From: an uncultured Lachnospiraceae bacterium
GTDB lineage: Bacteria; Bacillota; Clostridia; Lachnospirales; Lachnospiraceae
DNA length: 64,000 nucleotides
Assembly: GCA_947588995.1 (NCBI GenBank)
Contig: CANPZI010000003.1
Coordinates: 128,180 to 192,179 of the forward strand
Direction of reading: 5' to 3'
The notes beneath the pieces were generated by a model. That model saw only the letters and a list, made by a program, of their open reading frames with translations, did no database searches and was not told the origin of the DNA. Every line of letters begins with the position of its first letter. The first letter of the stretch is position 1. The position numbers and the translations under genes were made by a program. Shown piece after piece: positions 1 to 9,119 of the stretch.

Positions 1-609
1 TATCAGTTCATCCGCTCCCTGCTGCGCACCGAAAAAGATCTCATCATTGACAAGGAGCACACGCTGGTTATCAGCCCCGACGAGGGCGCGCTGGACAGAG
101 CCGTCTACTTTGCGGATGTGCTTGGCGTGGATGTGGGCATGTTCTACAAGCGCCGCGACTACTCCGTGATCGTGAACGGCAAAAATCCCATTGTGGCGCA
201 TGAATTTCTCGGAGACAACGTGGACGGCAAGGATGCCATCATCATAGACGATATGATCTCTTCCGGCGGCAGCATGATCGACACCGCCATGCACCTGAAG
301 CGCATGAATGCGAAGCGCGTCTTCGTCTGCTGTACTTTCGGTCTTTTTACGGACGGCCTGAAATCTTTCGACGAGGCCTATGAGAAATGTTATTTCGACA
401 GAATCATCTCGACGAACCTCTGCTATCAGCCTCCGGAGCTCAAGGAAAAGCCCTACTATGTGGAGGCTGATATGAGTAAGTTCGTCGCTTCCATTATCAA
501 CTTCATGAATCATGACGCATCGATGGCCAATATCTACACGCCCACCGACAAGATCCATCAGATCCTCGCCAAATACAACAACCGTGAGATGAGCGCATTC
601 GATCTGTAG
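1..609 (+). CDS. prs: ribose-phosphate diphosphokinase family protein, C-terminal part (5' end outside window)
   Basis: Frame 1 is open from base 1 (YQFIRSLLRTEKDLIIDKEHTLVISPDEGALDRAVYFADVLG...) and continues into tracked ORF 118..609. PRPP-binding loop DAIIIDDMISSGGSM. Confidence 0.75.
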   Translation, partial: YQFIRSLLRTEKDLIIDKEHTLVISPDEGALDRAVYFADVLGVDVGMFYKRRDYSVIVNGKNPIVAHEFLGDNVDGKDAIIIDDMISSGGSMIDTAMHLKRMNAKRVFVCCTFGLFTDGLKSFDEAYEKCYFDRIISTNLCYQPPELKEKPYYVEADMSKFVASIINFMNHDASMANIYTPTDKIHQILAKYNNREMSAFDL

Positions 610-612
610 AGA

Positions 613-3474
613 TTACGCCTGCGCCGCGGGGAAAGTCATAACCACCTTAAACAGATCCCCGTCAAGCTGAATGCTGAACGTACCTCCCTGCGCCTCGGTC
701 AGATTCCTCGCAATCGACAGGCCGAGCCCGCTTCCCTCCGTGGTCCGCGACTCATCTCCACGGATAAACCGCTCCGTCAGTTCATCGGGATTGCAGTTTA
801 GCGCCATGGCCGAAATATTCTTGACGGACAGTTCAATATATCCCGCCCGGTCAGGCACGCTGTCTATCGTCAGGTAGACTCTCGTCCCCTCCAGCGCATA
901 CTTGAAGATATTGTTAAAGAGGTTCTCAATCACACGCCAGATCCTGCGGCTGTCCGCCTCGATCACGGCGTTCTTCACGTTGACGTTCATGACTGCGGTG
1001 AGCCTCTTTTGCTCGAATTTTTCCGAGAATTCTCCGAGCGTCTGGTTCATCAGCTCTGTCAGGTCAATCTTCTCGAAGTGCAGATTGATATTGCCGGAGG
1101 AAATCTTGCTGGCCTCCACCAGATCGTCCGTCAGCTGCTTTAAGCGCTGCGATTTCTCGTCCAGCACACCGATATAGCTGCGGATTTTCTCGTTGTCCAC
1201 CTGCTCCCTCTTGATCAGATCCACATAGTTGATAATCGAGGTGAGCGGCGTCTTGATATCATGGGACACATTCGTGATCAGATCCGCTTTCATGCGCTCG
1301 TCTTTCATGCTTGTCTCGACCGCCTCCTTGATTCCCTGGCCGATACTGTTGACGGAATTGGCCAGAGTCAGATTATTCCCATGAAGTCTGTCGATGTCCA
1401 CCTGATACTCCAGCGCTCCCCCCGCAATCGTCTCGATTCCCTCAACGATCTCCTGCTGTTCTTTCGCATTGCGGAAGAGGATGATCCCCACGAAGAGATC
1501 CACCGCTGCCAGCACAAAGAGCGCAAACAGGCATAGGAAACTGCCGCTGTCATGCACAAACGCAACCAGCAACAGGGCGATGTTAAACAGCACAAACGCC
1601 GCGTACGGGAGCCATGTGCGCAGCACGATATCGCTGTTGTCGTACACTTTCCAGCCAAACTGTACCGCACGGACGGACAGCCTCTTCACATAGCTGTTCT
1701 TCCAGAGTGTGCGCGCCTTGATCCTCCTGACCAGACTGTAGAAGAAGAACATGGCGATCCAGTCTGCCAGAAACACATAGGCTGCCAGCAGGCCGACACC
1801 CAGTACCCGTGCCGTTCCCGCCAGATCCGACACCTCCCACGGGCGGGACGGATCAATGCCCATAAGACTCATCAGCAGCGCAAAGACACCCAGACCGACA
1901 CAGACAGCGCCGCAGGCAATGGCAAGCGCACCCTCCGTAGGTACCGCCCTGTCAAACTGCTGCAGACTGACGCATCTGCTGCCTTTCCCGTCCGTGTCCC
2001 TCCCCGCCGTATACGTCAGATAGAACCAGATCAGCAGATACAGAATGCCCGCTATCAGCAGAGCGGCCACGCCCTGCCACAGGTAAGGACCGTAGTGGTA
2101 AAAGCTTCGGCATCCCTGCCAGAATCCGTCATGAACGGGATAGTCCGTGTCCACGCCGATCCAGATTCTCGTCGTCTCCGGATACGCGTAGTCATATACC
2201 TGCGCAACCTCCAGAACTGTCTCCTCGTCGATGCCCGTGTTGGTCTCATAGACCATATCGGCCGGAGCATAGTAGACGTACCGCGAAGCATCCGCCGCAC
2301 CGGCAGGCAGACTCCCCGTCTTCATCAGATCTCCCGCATAGGCAAATGACGGATTGTCCAGATCCTGCTTCGTCAGATTGGTAAAGACCTGCTGCTCCTC
2401 ACCCGTATCCTGCACGATCAGGTAGCGCATATTGGTCTTGTCCGCCTTATAGAAATTGTTGAACTGCAGATATTCCTTATAGTTGTAAGCCAGCCCGCCG
2501 GCCGCCGTTTTTACCTGGTTGCACAGGTCATAGTAGAGATTCCAGTCAGACACATAATCCTCCAGTTTGCCGCCGTCCACGGTCAGGTAACGGTTCACCA
2601 GAATATTATTTCTCACCGGGTAGCCGTCGGCATCGGCGTATTCTTCCAGCAGAGGTTCTCCGTCATCCGTATAGGCCGCCACACCCGCATCCGTGACCTC
2701 CGCAGGATAGCCGTCGCCGTCCGTGTATACCCACATCTGGCTGCCCAGCAGATTGCCCGACACATCCGTCTGATAGAGTCCGGCACTGGTACGGCTATAC
2801 TCGCCTCCGTCCTCGCCGATCAGATACGCCGCATCCTCGTTCAAACCGTCCGAAGCGGCGAACGTCAATCTGGTCCTGTCCGCCAGAAACGAGTCCGCCT
2901 GTTCCTGCGTCATAGTCTCCGTCCGCGTCTCGAAGCCGTAATTCTGCCACTTCAGCAGATCTTCCAGATAGTATTCCGCGGTCACATACTGCGCCGGCAG
3001 TTCTGTCTGGCGGTAGTTGTAGGCCGTCACGTCGATCACCTTGCTGCCGTCGAAACTGCCGTCCGTCTCCATCTGCCCGCTCACTACGCCGTGCCGCATC
3101 ACGTCCGAGAGCGCCCAGCCGAACAGATTGACAAATACGTCGGTATCCTCATAACGCTTCGACTGGTCATACAGCGAATAGCCCAGCGTATAGGTTCCCT
3201 GAAAGGTATTTACACGAAAGCCGGAAGCGCCGGTCACCACGAAGAGGGCGATAACCACAACCGCCAGCGCGATATGCTGCAGCAGGCCGAGGAATTTCCG
3301 TCCGGCGCCGCCTCTCTTTCCCGTGCGCTTTTTCCCCTGTTTTCCGGTCTTACTCTTCCTGTCTTCCACCCTCTCTTCGGCCTCCGCATACTCTGTGCTC
3401 TCTTCGCTCTGCCTCTTTGCCGTCTCCCATACGATCTCTTCCGTCTCCGGTCTGTTTCTCTCTTCTTTTTCCAT
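613..3474 (-). CDS. sensor histidine kinase with large extracytoplasmic domain and multi-TM core
   Basis: 953-aa ORF. H-box ITNVSHDIKTPLTSI. HATPase N/G boxes (NLFNNIFKYA, GSGLGLSIARNL). TM after a basic N-terminus, about 400 aa of non-hydrophobic sequence, then several TM helices. ATG at 3474 with GGGAGCAGGAAG upstream. Lies just downstream of an OmpR-type regulator. Confidence 0.85.
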   Translation of the reverse strand: MEKEERNRPETEEIVWETAKRQSEESTEYAEAEERVEDRKSKTGKQGKKRTGKRGGAGRKFLGLLQHIALAVVVIALFVVTGASGFRVNTFQGTYTLGYSLYDQSKRYEDTDVFVNLFGWALSDVMRHGVVSGQMETDGSFDGSKVIDVTAYNYRQTELPAQYVTAEYYLEDLLKWQNYGFETRTETMTQEQADSFLADRTRLTFAASDGLNEDAAYLIGEDGGEYSRTSAGLYQTDVSGNLLGSQMWVYTDGDGYPAEVTDAGVAAYTDDGEPLLEEYADADGYPVRNNILVNRYLTVDGGKLEDYVSDWNLYYDLCNQVKTAAGGLAYNYKEYLQFNNFYKADKTNMRYLIVQDTGEEQQVFTNLTKQDLDNPSFAYAGDLMKTGSLPAGAADASRYVYYAPADMVYETNTGIDEETVLEVAQVYDYAYPETTRIWIGVDTDYPVHDGFWQGCRSFYHYGPYLWQGVAALLIAGILYLLIWFYLTYTAGRDTDGKGSRCVSLQQFDRAVPTEGALAIACGAVCVGLGVFALLMSLMGIDPSRPWEVSDLAGTARVLGVGLLAAYVFLADWIAMFFFYSLVRRIKARTLWKNSYVKRLSVRAVQFGWKVYDNSDIVLRTWLPYAAFVLFNIALLLVAFVHDSGSFLCLFALFVLAAVDLFVGIILFRNAKEQQEIVEGIETIAGGALEYQVDIDRLHGNNLTLANSVNSIGQGIKEAVETSMKDERMKADLITNVSHDIKTPLTSIINYVDLIKREQVDNEKIRSYIGVLDEKSQRLKQLTDDLVEASKISSGNINLHFEKIDLTELMNQTLGEFSEKFEQKRLTAVMNVNVKNAVIEADSRRIWRVIENLFNNIFKYALEGTRVYLTIDSVPDRAGYIELSVKNISAMALNCNPDELTERFIRGDESRTTEGSGLGLSIARNLTEAQGGTFSIQLDGDLFKVVMTFPAAQA

Positions 3475-3534
3475 ACTTCCTGCTCCCTTCCGGATGCGCT
3501 TATTCCTGCGCCTGCTTCGCCGTTTGCCGTATCT

Positions 3535-4227
3535 TTACTGTTTCTCTATCTTATAGCCGACGCCCCACACCACTTTCAGGTAGCGGGGTTCTTTCGGGTT
3601 AATCTCAATCTTCTCGCGGATATGTCTGATATGTACCGCCACCGTATTGTCCGCGCCGATGGCTTCCTCGTTCCAGATGCTCTCATAGATCTGGTTGATG
3701 GAAAACACTCTGCCGCAGTTTTTCACGAGGAGCAACAGGATATTGTACTCGATCGGCGTCAGTCTGACGGCCTCCCCGTCCACCGTGACCTCTTTCGTAT
3801 CGTCGTCGATACACAGGCCGCCCACCTGAAAGAGGGCGTTGTTCTCCACATTGAGATTGCCCAGCGTGGTGTACCTTCTCAAGTTCGACTTCACCCGCGC
3901 CACCAGTTCCAGCGGATTGAAAGGTTTTGTCACGTAGTCGTCCGCGCCGATATTGAGCCCCAGGATCTTGTCGTTGTCCTCCGATTTGGCCGACAGAATG
4001 ATGATCGGGATGCTGGAATACTCCCGGATCTTGAGCGTCGCGTGAATCCCGTCCAGCTTCGGCATCATGACGTCGATGATGAGCAGATGAATCTGCTGTT
4101 CTTTTAAGATTCTGATCGCCTGTTCCCCGTCGTACGCCTTGTAGATCGTGTAGCCCTCCTGCAGCAGATAGATTTCAATCGCGTCCACAATCTCTCTGTC
4201 GTCGTCACACACCAGTATATTAGCCAT
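3535..4227 (-). CDS. OmpR-family response regulator
   Basis: MANILVCDDD receiver start with GAGAGGTGAGG RBS. Phospho-acceptor region LLIIDVMMPKLDG. C-terminal winged helix (RYLKVVWGVGYKIE). The tracked ORF extends to 4257, but the internal ATG at 4227 has the RBS. Confidence 0.9.
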   Translation of the reverse strand: MANILVCDDDREIVDAIEIYLLQEGYTIYKAYDGEQAIRILKEQQIHLLIIDVMMPKLDGIHATLKIREYSSIPIIILSAKSEDNDKILGLNIGADDYVTKPFNPLELVARVKSNLRRYTTLGNLNVENNALFQVGGLCIDDDTKEVTVDGEAVRLTPIEYNILLLLVKNCGRVFSINQIYESIWNEEAIGADNTVAVHIRHIREKIEINPKEPRYLKVVWGVGYKIEKQ

Positions 4228-4335
4228 GCCCTCACCTCTCGTATCCCGACCGCGCATGGCGGCCTTTCTTCTCGTACTGTATTGATTAAAACACAGAAAC
4301 CTAAAGGAATAGATGGGAAATTTTTTAACTTTTTC

Positions 4336-5187
4336 TTAAGATAGCAGTCCGAGAAACGCGCCCAGATTTCCCCGCTGCCCGTGACTGGCCCTGTGGGAAA
4401 AGAGATAGCCGCTGTTATGGCAGGTGCACAGGTCAGTCACCTGAATCTGCTGTGCGGGAATTCCTGCCTCTGTCAGGACAATCTCGTTGGCGCGCCACAA
4501 GTCCAGCCGGTATTTTCCGCCGCCCTTGTCAGACAGTATGCTGTCCGCCTGCCCCGCGCCGCGAAATTCCGCCGCGAACACATCTGCCACATCCGCGCTC
4601 ACCTCATAGCAGTCCCGGCAGATGGATGGGCCGATTGCCGCCACGATGTCCGCCGGATCCGTGCCGTACTCCTTTCGCATCCTCTGCACCACACACTGCC
4701 CCATGCGGGCCGCCGTGCCGCGCCAGCCGGAGTGCGCCAGTGCCACCGCCCGTCTCCTCGTATCCACGAAGTAGAGCGGCACACAGTCGGCATAGAACGT
4801 CGCCAGCACGATACCCGGCTCGTCGGTCAAAAGCCCGTCAATATCCGTGTAGTCTTTCGCCCTGATAATCCCCTTGCCGCCGTCCTGACGCGACGCCACC
4901 CGCAGATTCACGGTGTGCGTCTGGTCAGAACAGACAATGTCTTCCGGTGCACAGCCGAGTACGCCGGCGATCCGCCTGAAATTTTCATCCACGGCCTCCC
5001 GCCTGTCGCCGCGCGTGTAGCTTAAATTCATCGTAGAGTAGATACCCTCGCTCACGCCGCCGACTCTGGTGGAAAAGAGATGCCGCACCATTCCCGTCTG
5101 CGCAAGCAGCGGGAAAGTGAGATACTCCACGCCGTCCGTCCGGTTGACCTGCATCCTGATTCTGCTCTCATGCCTGTATAACGCCAT
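4336..5187 (-). CDS. pgeF: peptidoglycan editing factor PgeF (YfiH/DUF152 laccase-domain protein)
   Basis: Motifs ALAHSGWRGT, ADCVPLYF and CTCHNSGYLFSHR are typical of the YfiH family. AGGAGGAAG RBS. Confidence 0.85.
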   Translation of the reverse strand: MALYRHESRIRMQVNRTDGVEYLTFPLLAQTGMVRHLFSTRVGGVSEGIYSTMNLSYTRGDRREAVDENFRRIAGVLGCAPEDIVCSDQTHTVNLRVASRQDGGKGIIRAKDYTDIDGLLTDEPGIVLATFYADCVPLYFVDTRRRAVALAHSGWRGTAARMGQCVVQRMRKEYGTDPADIVAAIGPSICRDCYEVSADVADVFAAEFRGAGQADSILSDKGGGKYRLDLWRANEIVLTEAGIPAQQIQVTDLCTCHNSGYLFSHRASHGQRGNLGAFLGLLS

Positions 5188-5246
5188 CGCTGCTCTTCCT
5201 CCTGCCCGCCACCCGCCTGCGTCTCCCGCCGCCCGCGCCGGAGCGC

Positions 5247-5603
5247 TTATCGCGGGATATAATAAAACGCGTTTTTGATCCAGTTGACGTCTGTCCCGTC
5301 AATCGCGACCACATCGAAACGTATCGGCGTATTCTCCGCACAGTGATGAAGCATACGGTAATAGTCCGCCACACGGCTGATTCTTCGCTGTTTGGCATAC
5401 CCGACCGCCTCCGCCGCGCTGCCGGCGCGCTTCCCGCTCCTGTACTTCACCTCAAAGAACACGAGGATATCCCCGTCACAGCCAATGATGTCGATCTCAC
5501 CCTGCCTGCACCTGAAATTTTTCTCCAGGATGACTATGCCCCCGGAAAGCAAACGGGCACAGACCTCTTCCTCTTTCTGTGCCCCTATCTCGCGTTTATT
5601 CAT
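5247..5603 (-). CDS. yraN: YraN family endonuclease-like protein (UPF0102)
   Basis: MNKREIGAQKEEEVCARLL...RCRQGEIDIIG...FFEVKYR is the UPF0102 pattern. The ATG at 5603 is preceded by GAGGA. The tracked ORF start at 5639 is a TTG. Confidence 0.8.
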   Translation of the reverse strand: MNKREIGAQKEEEVCARLLSGGIVILEKNFRCRQGEIDIIGCDGDILVFFEVKYRSGKRAGSAAEAVGYAKQRRISRVADYYRMLHHCAENTPIRFDVVAIDGTDVNWIKNAFYYIPR

Positions 5604-5635
5604 ATTCATCCTCATTCCGGAGCGCTCACGCCTCC

Positions 5636-5932
5636 TCAATGCCCGGCTTTCGCCATCTTCGCCTTGATCTTATCCATGGAATCCACGAAGACGAGGATCT
5701 CTGCCACAACTTCATATAGTTCCGGCGGAATCATATCGCCGATTTCCAGACGCGACAGCGTATCCGCCAGCTTGTCATCCCGGTGGATCGGCACATCGGC
5801 CTCTTTTGCCCGTTCGATAATGCGCTCCGCCAGTGCGCCCCGGCCCGAAGCGATGACACGGGGCGCCTCGTCCGCGGGATCATACTCTAACGCAATCGCC
5901 TGTTTCGGTTTTGTATTCTCTTTTTCGGCCAT
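5636..5932 (-). CDS. ylqH: FlhB C-terminal-domain-like protein (YlqH / EscU-YscU-HrcU family)
   Basis: 98 aa. AIALEYDPADEAPRVIASGRGALAERIIERAKEADVPIHRDDKLADTL...IPPELYEVVAEIL matches the FlhB/YscU autocleavage-domain fold family. AAGGAGG RBS. Confidence 0.8.
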   Translation of the reverse strand: MAEKENTKPKQAIALEYDPADEAPRVIASGRGALAERIIERAKEADVPIHRDDKLADTLSRLEIGDMIPPELYEVVAEILVFVDSMDKIKAKMAKAGH

Positions 5933-5951
5933 CCGGACGCCTCCTTATCTC

Positions 5952-7730
5952 TTATGCCCGCATATCAAAAGATGTTCTGCTGAGCACCGATATATTCTTT
6001 CCCTGGCTTAAGATCGTCTGCAGGATGCCCTCATCCTGTGTCTCCTCTTCTTTCACGGAAAACTGCGCTTTCAGATCATACCCCCGCCCGGCCAGCCTCT
6101 CATCCAGCAGATGAATATGCTCCTCGATCAGATCCAGCGCGCTCTCGTCCCGCAGTGTAAAATTCGTGTTCACCCTGTTCTGCTGCATGGTCACATAGAC
6201 GTCCAGCGGCCCGAGATGCTCCATATCCAGATGTAACAGCGCGCTCACGCTGCCGTCTTTGGCGGCCAGATTCTTCTTGTTCGTGTAGACGTACAGGTCG
6301 CCGTGCGCGTTGTTGCCCGCCAGCTTGAGCGGGAGCTGGATATAGGTGAACATGTGATTCAGCTGGTTCATAAAATCCACATTGTTCTGCAGATTCTGAA
6401 CGCTTCTCGCCGCCGGCAGATCCGCCTTGCCGACTTCCTGCATCGCCTCGTGCAGGCGCATGGACTGCTCCCGCACCCGCTCGTAGAGCTGTTCCACCTT
6501 GTGCGGGTCGGCCACATCTTTCGGTTCGATCAGCCACTGTTTCCCCATCTCTTCTTTCAGGAGAGCCGCGAACTCCCTGCTGTCAAGCAGCCGCGCCATC
6601 AGACGCGCATGCGGATCGTCCGCGTCCGCGCGCGGCATCAGGCCGCGGACCAGCGCAAGCACCTCCCCCGAAGGCATCCCGCCGCTTCCAACCTGCCGCG
6701 CCGTCTGCTCGTCTGCGCCCAGTTCCCGCAGCAGATCGCCCAGCGTGCTCCACTGTTGATCCGTGAGGACAGCCTCCCTGAGGACCGTCTGTCCCTCCTC
6801 CTGCGCCGGCGCGCTCTCGCCGCGGCTCACCATGTCGATCACGGTCTTCGCCGCGTCTCCCTGAAGCTGTGCCGACACATTTTCCGCCTGCGCCTGTACT
6901 CCCTCCGACGCCGCATTCGGCACGCCCGGCGCGCCGTCTGCCGTATTCTCCATCACAGCCGCGCCGTCAGCGGCCTGCGGCTGCGCTTCCGGCCGCACCG
7001 CCACCATCCCGTCGGCATCGGCCTGCCCATAGTTCAGAAAAATATCCAGCACCTGCCGATAAAACGCAATCGCCTGATCCGTCCTGCCCTCACCGGCCAG
7101 TTCCGCGAAGATCTGCGGCAGTTCATCCAGAATCGTCTCCACGCTCCCGAGAAGCTGGTGATTTGCCTGGCTGTACTGCTCGAACTGCGCGATATTCTCC
7201 TCCGTGACCGGCATGCCGAGCCGCGTCATCTGCACCAGCGTGGCCGGATTCTGCGCGGGAAATTCCATCATAAGACGGCTGATATTGGCGAGGGACTCCC
7301 TGTCAATCGGCATCCCCTCCTCCATCATCACCGCCACCATCTCGATATTGTTTGCCGTCTCGGGAAGCCCCGCGGCATCAAGCGCCCGCATGACGGTGGG
7401 CTCGTTCGCCATATTGGCGTACAGCGGCGTCAGCGAAAGCACGGAGCCGTTGTTCGCCTTGACCTCAAAGCTCATATTCTGCCCGAGCGCCAGACTGATG
7501 CTCTGATCGATCTTCGCGTTGATCAGTATGTTCTGTCTGAGCGCGATCTGCACGGCATTTCCGTCACGGCTGACGACGGAACCCTGTATCGTCTGCCCCG
7601 GCACCAGATTCCTGATCTCGCTCTGGATCCGGTAGGCCCGCTCCCCTCTGGACATGGCGTCCGGCACTCTGACCGTATCGGCAGACCTGACGCTCTGATT
7701 GTCTCTCTTAAAAATATTTCCCAGATTCAC
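5952..7730 (-). CDS. YlqG-like protein with FliK-type (hook-length-control-like) C-terminal domain
   Basis: 592-aa ORF with GTG start at 7730. C-terminal region (LPLKLAGNNAHGDLYVYTNKK...LHLDMEHLGPLDVYVTMQQNRVNTNFTL...LDERLAGRGY) resembles the Flg_hook domain. Sits between rnhB and ylqH, as ylqG does in Bacillus. Confidence 0.55.
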   Translation of the reverse strand: MNLGNIFKRDNQSVRSADTVRVPDAMSRGERAYRIQSEIRNLVPGQTIQGSVVSRDGNAVQIALRQNILINAKIDQSISLALGQNMSFEVKANNGSVLSLTPLYANMANEPTVMRALDAAGLPETANNIEMVAVMMEEGMPIDRESLANISRLMMEFPAQNPATLVQMTRLGMPVTEENIAQFEQYSQANHQLLGSVETILDELPQIFAELAGEGRTDQAIAFYRQVLDIFLNYGQADADGMVAVRPEAQPQAADGAAVMENTADGAPGVPNAASEGVQAQAENVSAQLQGDAAKTVIDMVSRGESAPAQEEGQTVLREAVLTDQQWSTLGDLLRELGADEQTARQVGSGGMPSGEVLALVRGLMPRADADDPHARLMARLLDSREFAALLKEEMGKQWLIEPKDVADPHKVEQLYERVREQSMRLHEAMQEVGKADLPAARSVQNLQNNVDFMNQLNHMFTYIQLPLKLAGNNAHGDLYVYTNKKNLAAKDGSVSALLHLDMEHLGPLDVYVTMQQNRVNTNFTLRDESALDLIEEHIHLLDERLAGRGYDLKAQFSVKEEETQDEGILQTILSQGKNISVLSRTSFDMRA

Positions 7731-7757
7731 TGTCTTCCCTCTTATTCGATGATAGGT

Positions 7758-8525
7758 TCAGCAGAAGTGCGTGATGAACGACCGCCTGTGGATCGGGCAG
7801 GGACCGTATTTCTTCAGCGCTTCGATGTGCGCCCTGGCGCCGTAGCCCTTGTTTGACGCGAAGCCGTACTCCGGATAAATATCGTCATAGCGCACCATCA
7901 GCCGGTCCCTGGTGACTTTGGCCACAATGCTCGCCGCGCCGATCGAGATGCTCTTGGCGTCCCCCTTGATGATCGGCACCTGCCTGACAGAAACCTGCGG
8001 TATGGTGACGGCATCATTCAGCAGAAGATCCGGCGCCACCGAAAGCTGTGAAATCGCTTCCCGCATGGCCTCGTAGGTGGCCTGCAGGATGTTGATCTCG
8101 TCGATCCGCTCCGGCGTGCTGTACCCCAGTCCTACAGCCACCGCGCGCTCCATGATCACATCATAAAGCTCCTCTCTCTTTTTTTCGGACAGTTTCTTGG
8201 AATCGTTGATATATAAAATGTCACAATCTTTGGGCAGTATGACCGCGCCCGCCACCACCGGACCGGCCAGAGGGCCGCGCCCGACCTCGTCGATGCCGCA
8301 TATGTGGGCATAGGCGGCGTACTCCCGCTCATACTTCTTCAGTGCCTCGCAGCGTGCCTTTTCTTTCTCCCAGGCTGCCAGACGCTTTCTGCCCCGCTCC
8401 ACGGCAGCGCGTACTCCCTCCCTGTCGTCCTGCGCATATTCCAAAAACAAAGCAGGCAGCTCTTCCGGTGCTGCCGCCTGTAATCTCGCCCTGATGGCTC
8501 CGATTGTCTCCGCCATTTTTCCCAT
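7758..8525 (-). CDS. rnhB: ribonuclease HII
   Basis: ICGIDEVGRGPLAGPVVAGAV catalytic DE motif, DSKKLS, ASIVAKVTRD. Confidence 0.92.
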   Translation of the reverse strand: MGKMAETIGAIRARLQAAAPEELPALFLEYAQDDREGVRAAVERGRKRLAAWEKEKARCEALKKYEREYAAYAHICGIDEVGRGPLAGPVVAGAVILPKDCDILYINDSKKLSEKKREELYDVIMERAVAVGLGYSTPERIDEINILQATYEAMREAISQLSVAPDLLLNDAVTIPQVSVRQVPIIKGDAKSISIGAASIVAKVTRDRLMVRYDDIYPEYGFASNKGYGARAHIEALKKYGPCPIHRRSFITHFC

Positions 8526-8527
8526 CC

Positions 8528-9067
8528 CTACCTGTGTTTGATCAAGCCGAACTTGTCAAGCGGCCAGATGCGCAGCCACGCCCGGCCGATGATTTCCTCC
8601 CGCTTAATATTGCCCACGGACGGATCCCGGCTGTCCGTACTGTTGTTTCTGTTATCTCCCATCACGAAATATTCGTCGTCGCCGAGCCGGATTTCTTCAT
8701 AGGCTCTGCCGGGGCTCTGGATGACTTCCTTGCCGTAGTTTTCCTCAAGCACCTCGCCGTTGATCAGGATATTGCCCTCCTCATCGATCCGCACAGTCTC
8801 CCCAGGCAGGCCGATAATGCGCTTGATATAGTAGGTATTGTCCTCATAGCGGAAAGGAAAGACGATGATGTCAAAACGCTCCGGCTCATGAAACCTGTAG
8901 CTGATCTTATCCACAATCAGATTGTCTTCACTGCTCAGTTTCGGCTCCATGGAGCTGCCGAGCACCTGCGTCCTCTGTCCTACGAAGTGAATGACCAGAT
9001 AGACGGCGCACAGAACAAACAAGATATAGATGCTGGTGCTCAAAATCTCTTTCAATGCTTTCTTCAT
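8528..9067 (-). CDS. lepB: signal peptidase I (copy 1)
   Basis: SSMEP Ser box, YIKRIIGLPGE Lys box, GDNRNNSTDSR box. ATG at 9067 (MKKALKEI) with GAGGAAAG RBS. Alternative GTG at 9100. Confidence 0.88.
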   Translation of the reverse strand: MKKALKEILSTSIYILFVLCAVYLVIHFVGQRTQVLGSSMEPKLSSEDNLIVDKISYRFHEPERFDIIVFPFRYEDNTYYIKRIIGLPGETVRIDEEGNILINGEVLEENYGKEVIQSPGRAYEEIRLGDDEYFVMGDNRNNSTDSRDPSVGNIKREEIIGRAWLRIWPLDKFGLIKHR

Positions 9068-9119
9068 GATGCTCTTTCCTCGATTCTGTCCGTAGTTCAC
9101 ACCCGGTCCCGGCCGGTGT

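Noticed and set aside
6303-7856. Long antisense ORFs here (517 aa) and also at 46698..48215, 11108..12469, 37846..39153, 1552..2349, 22746..23759, 57013..57972 and 60335..61531.
   Set aside because: All are antisense to genes with clear family signatures. They are Arg/His/Pro-rich and low in complexity, so I consider them non-coding shadows.
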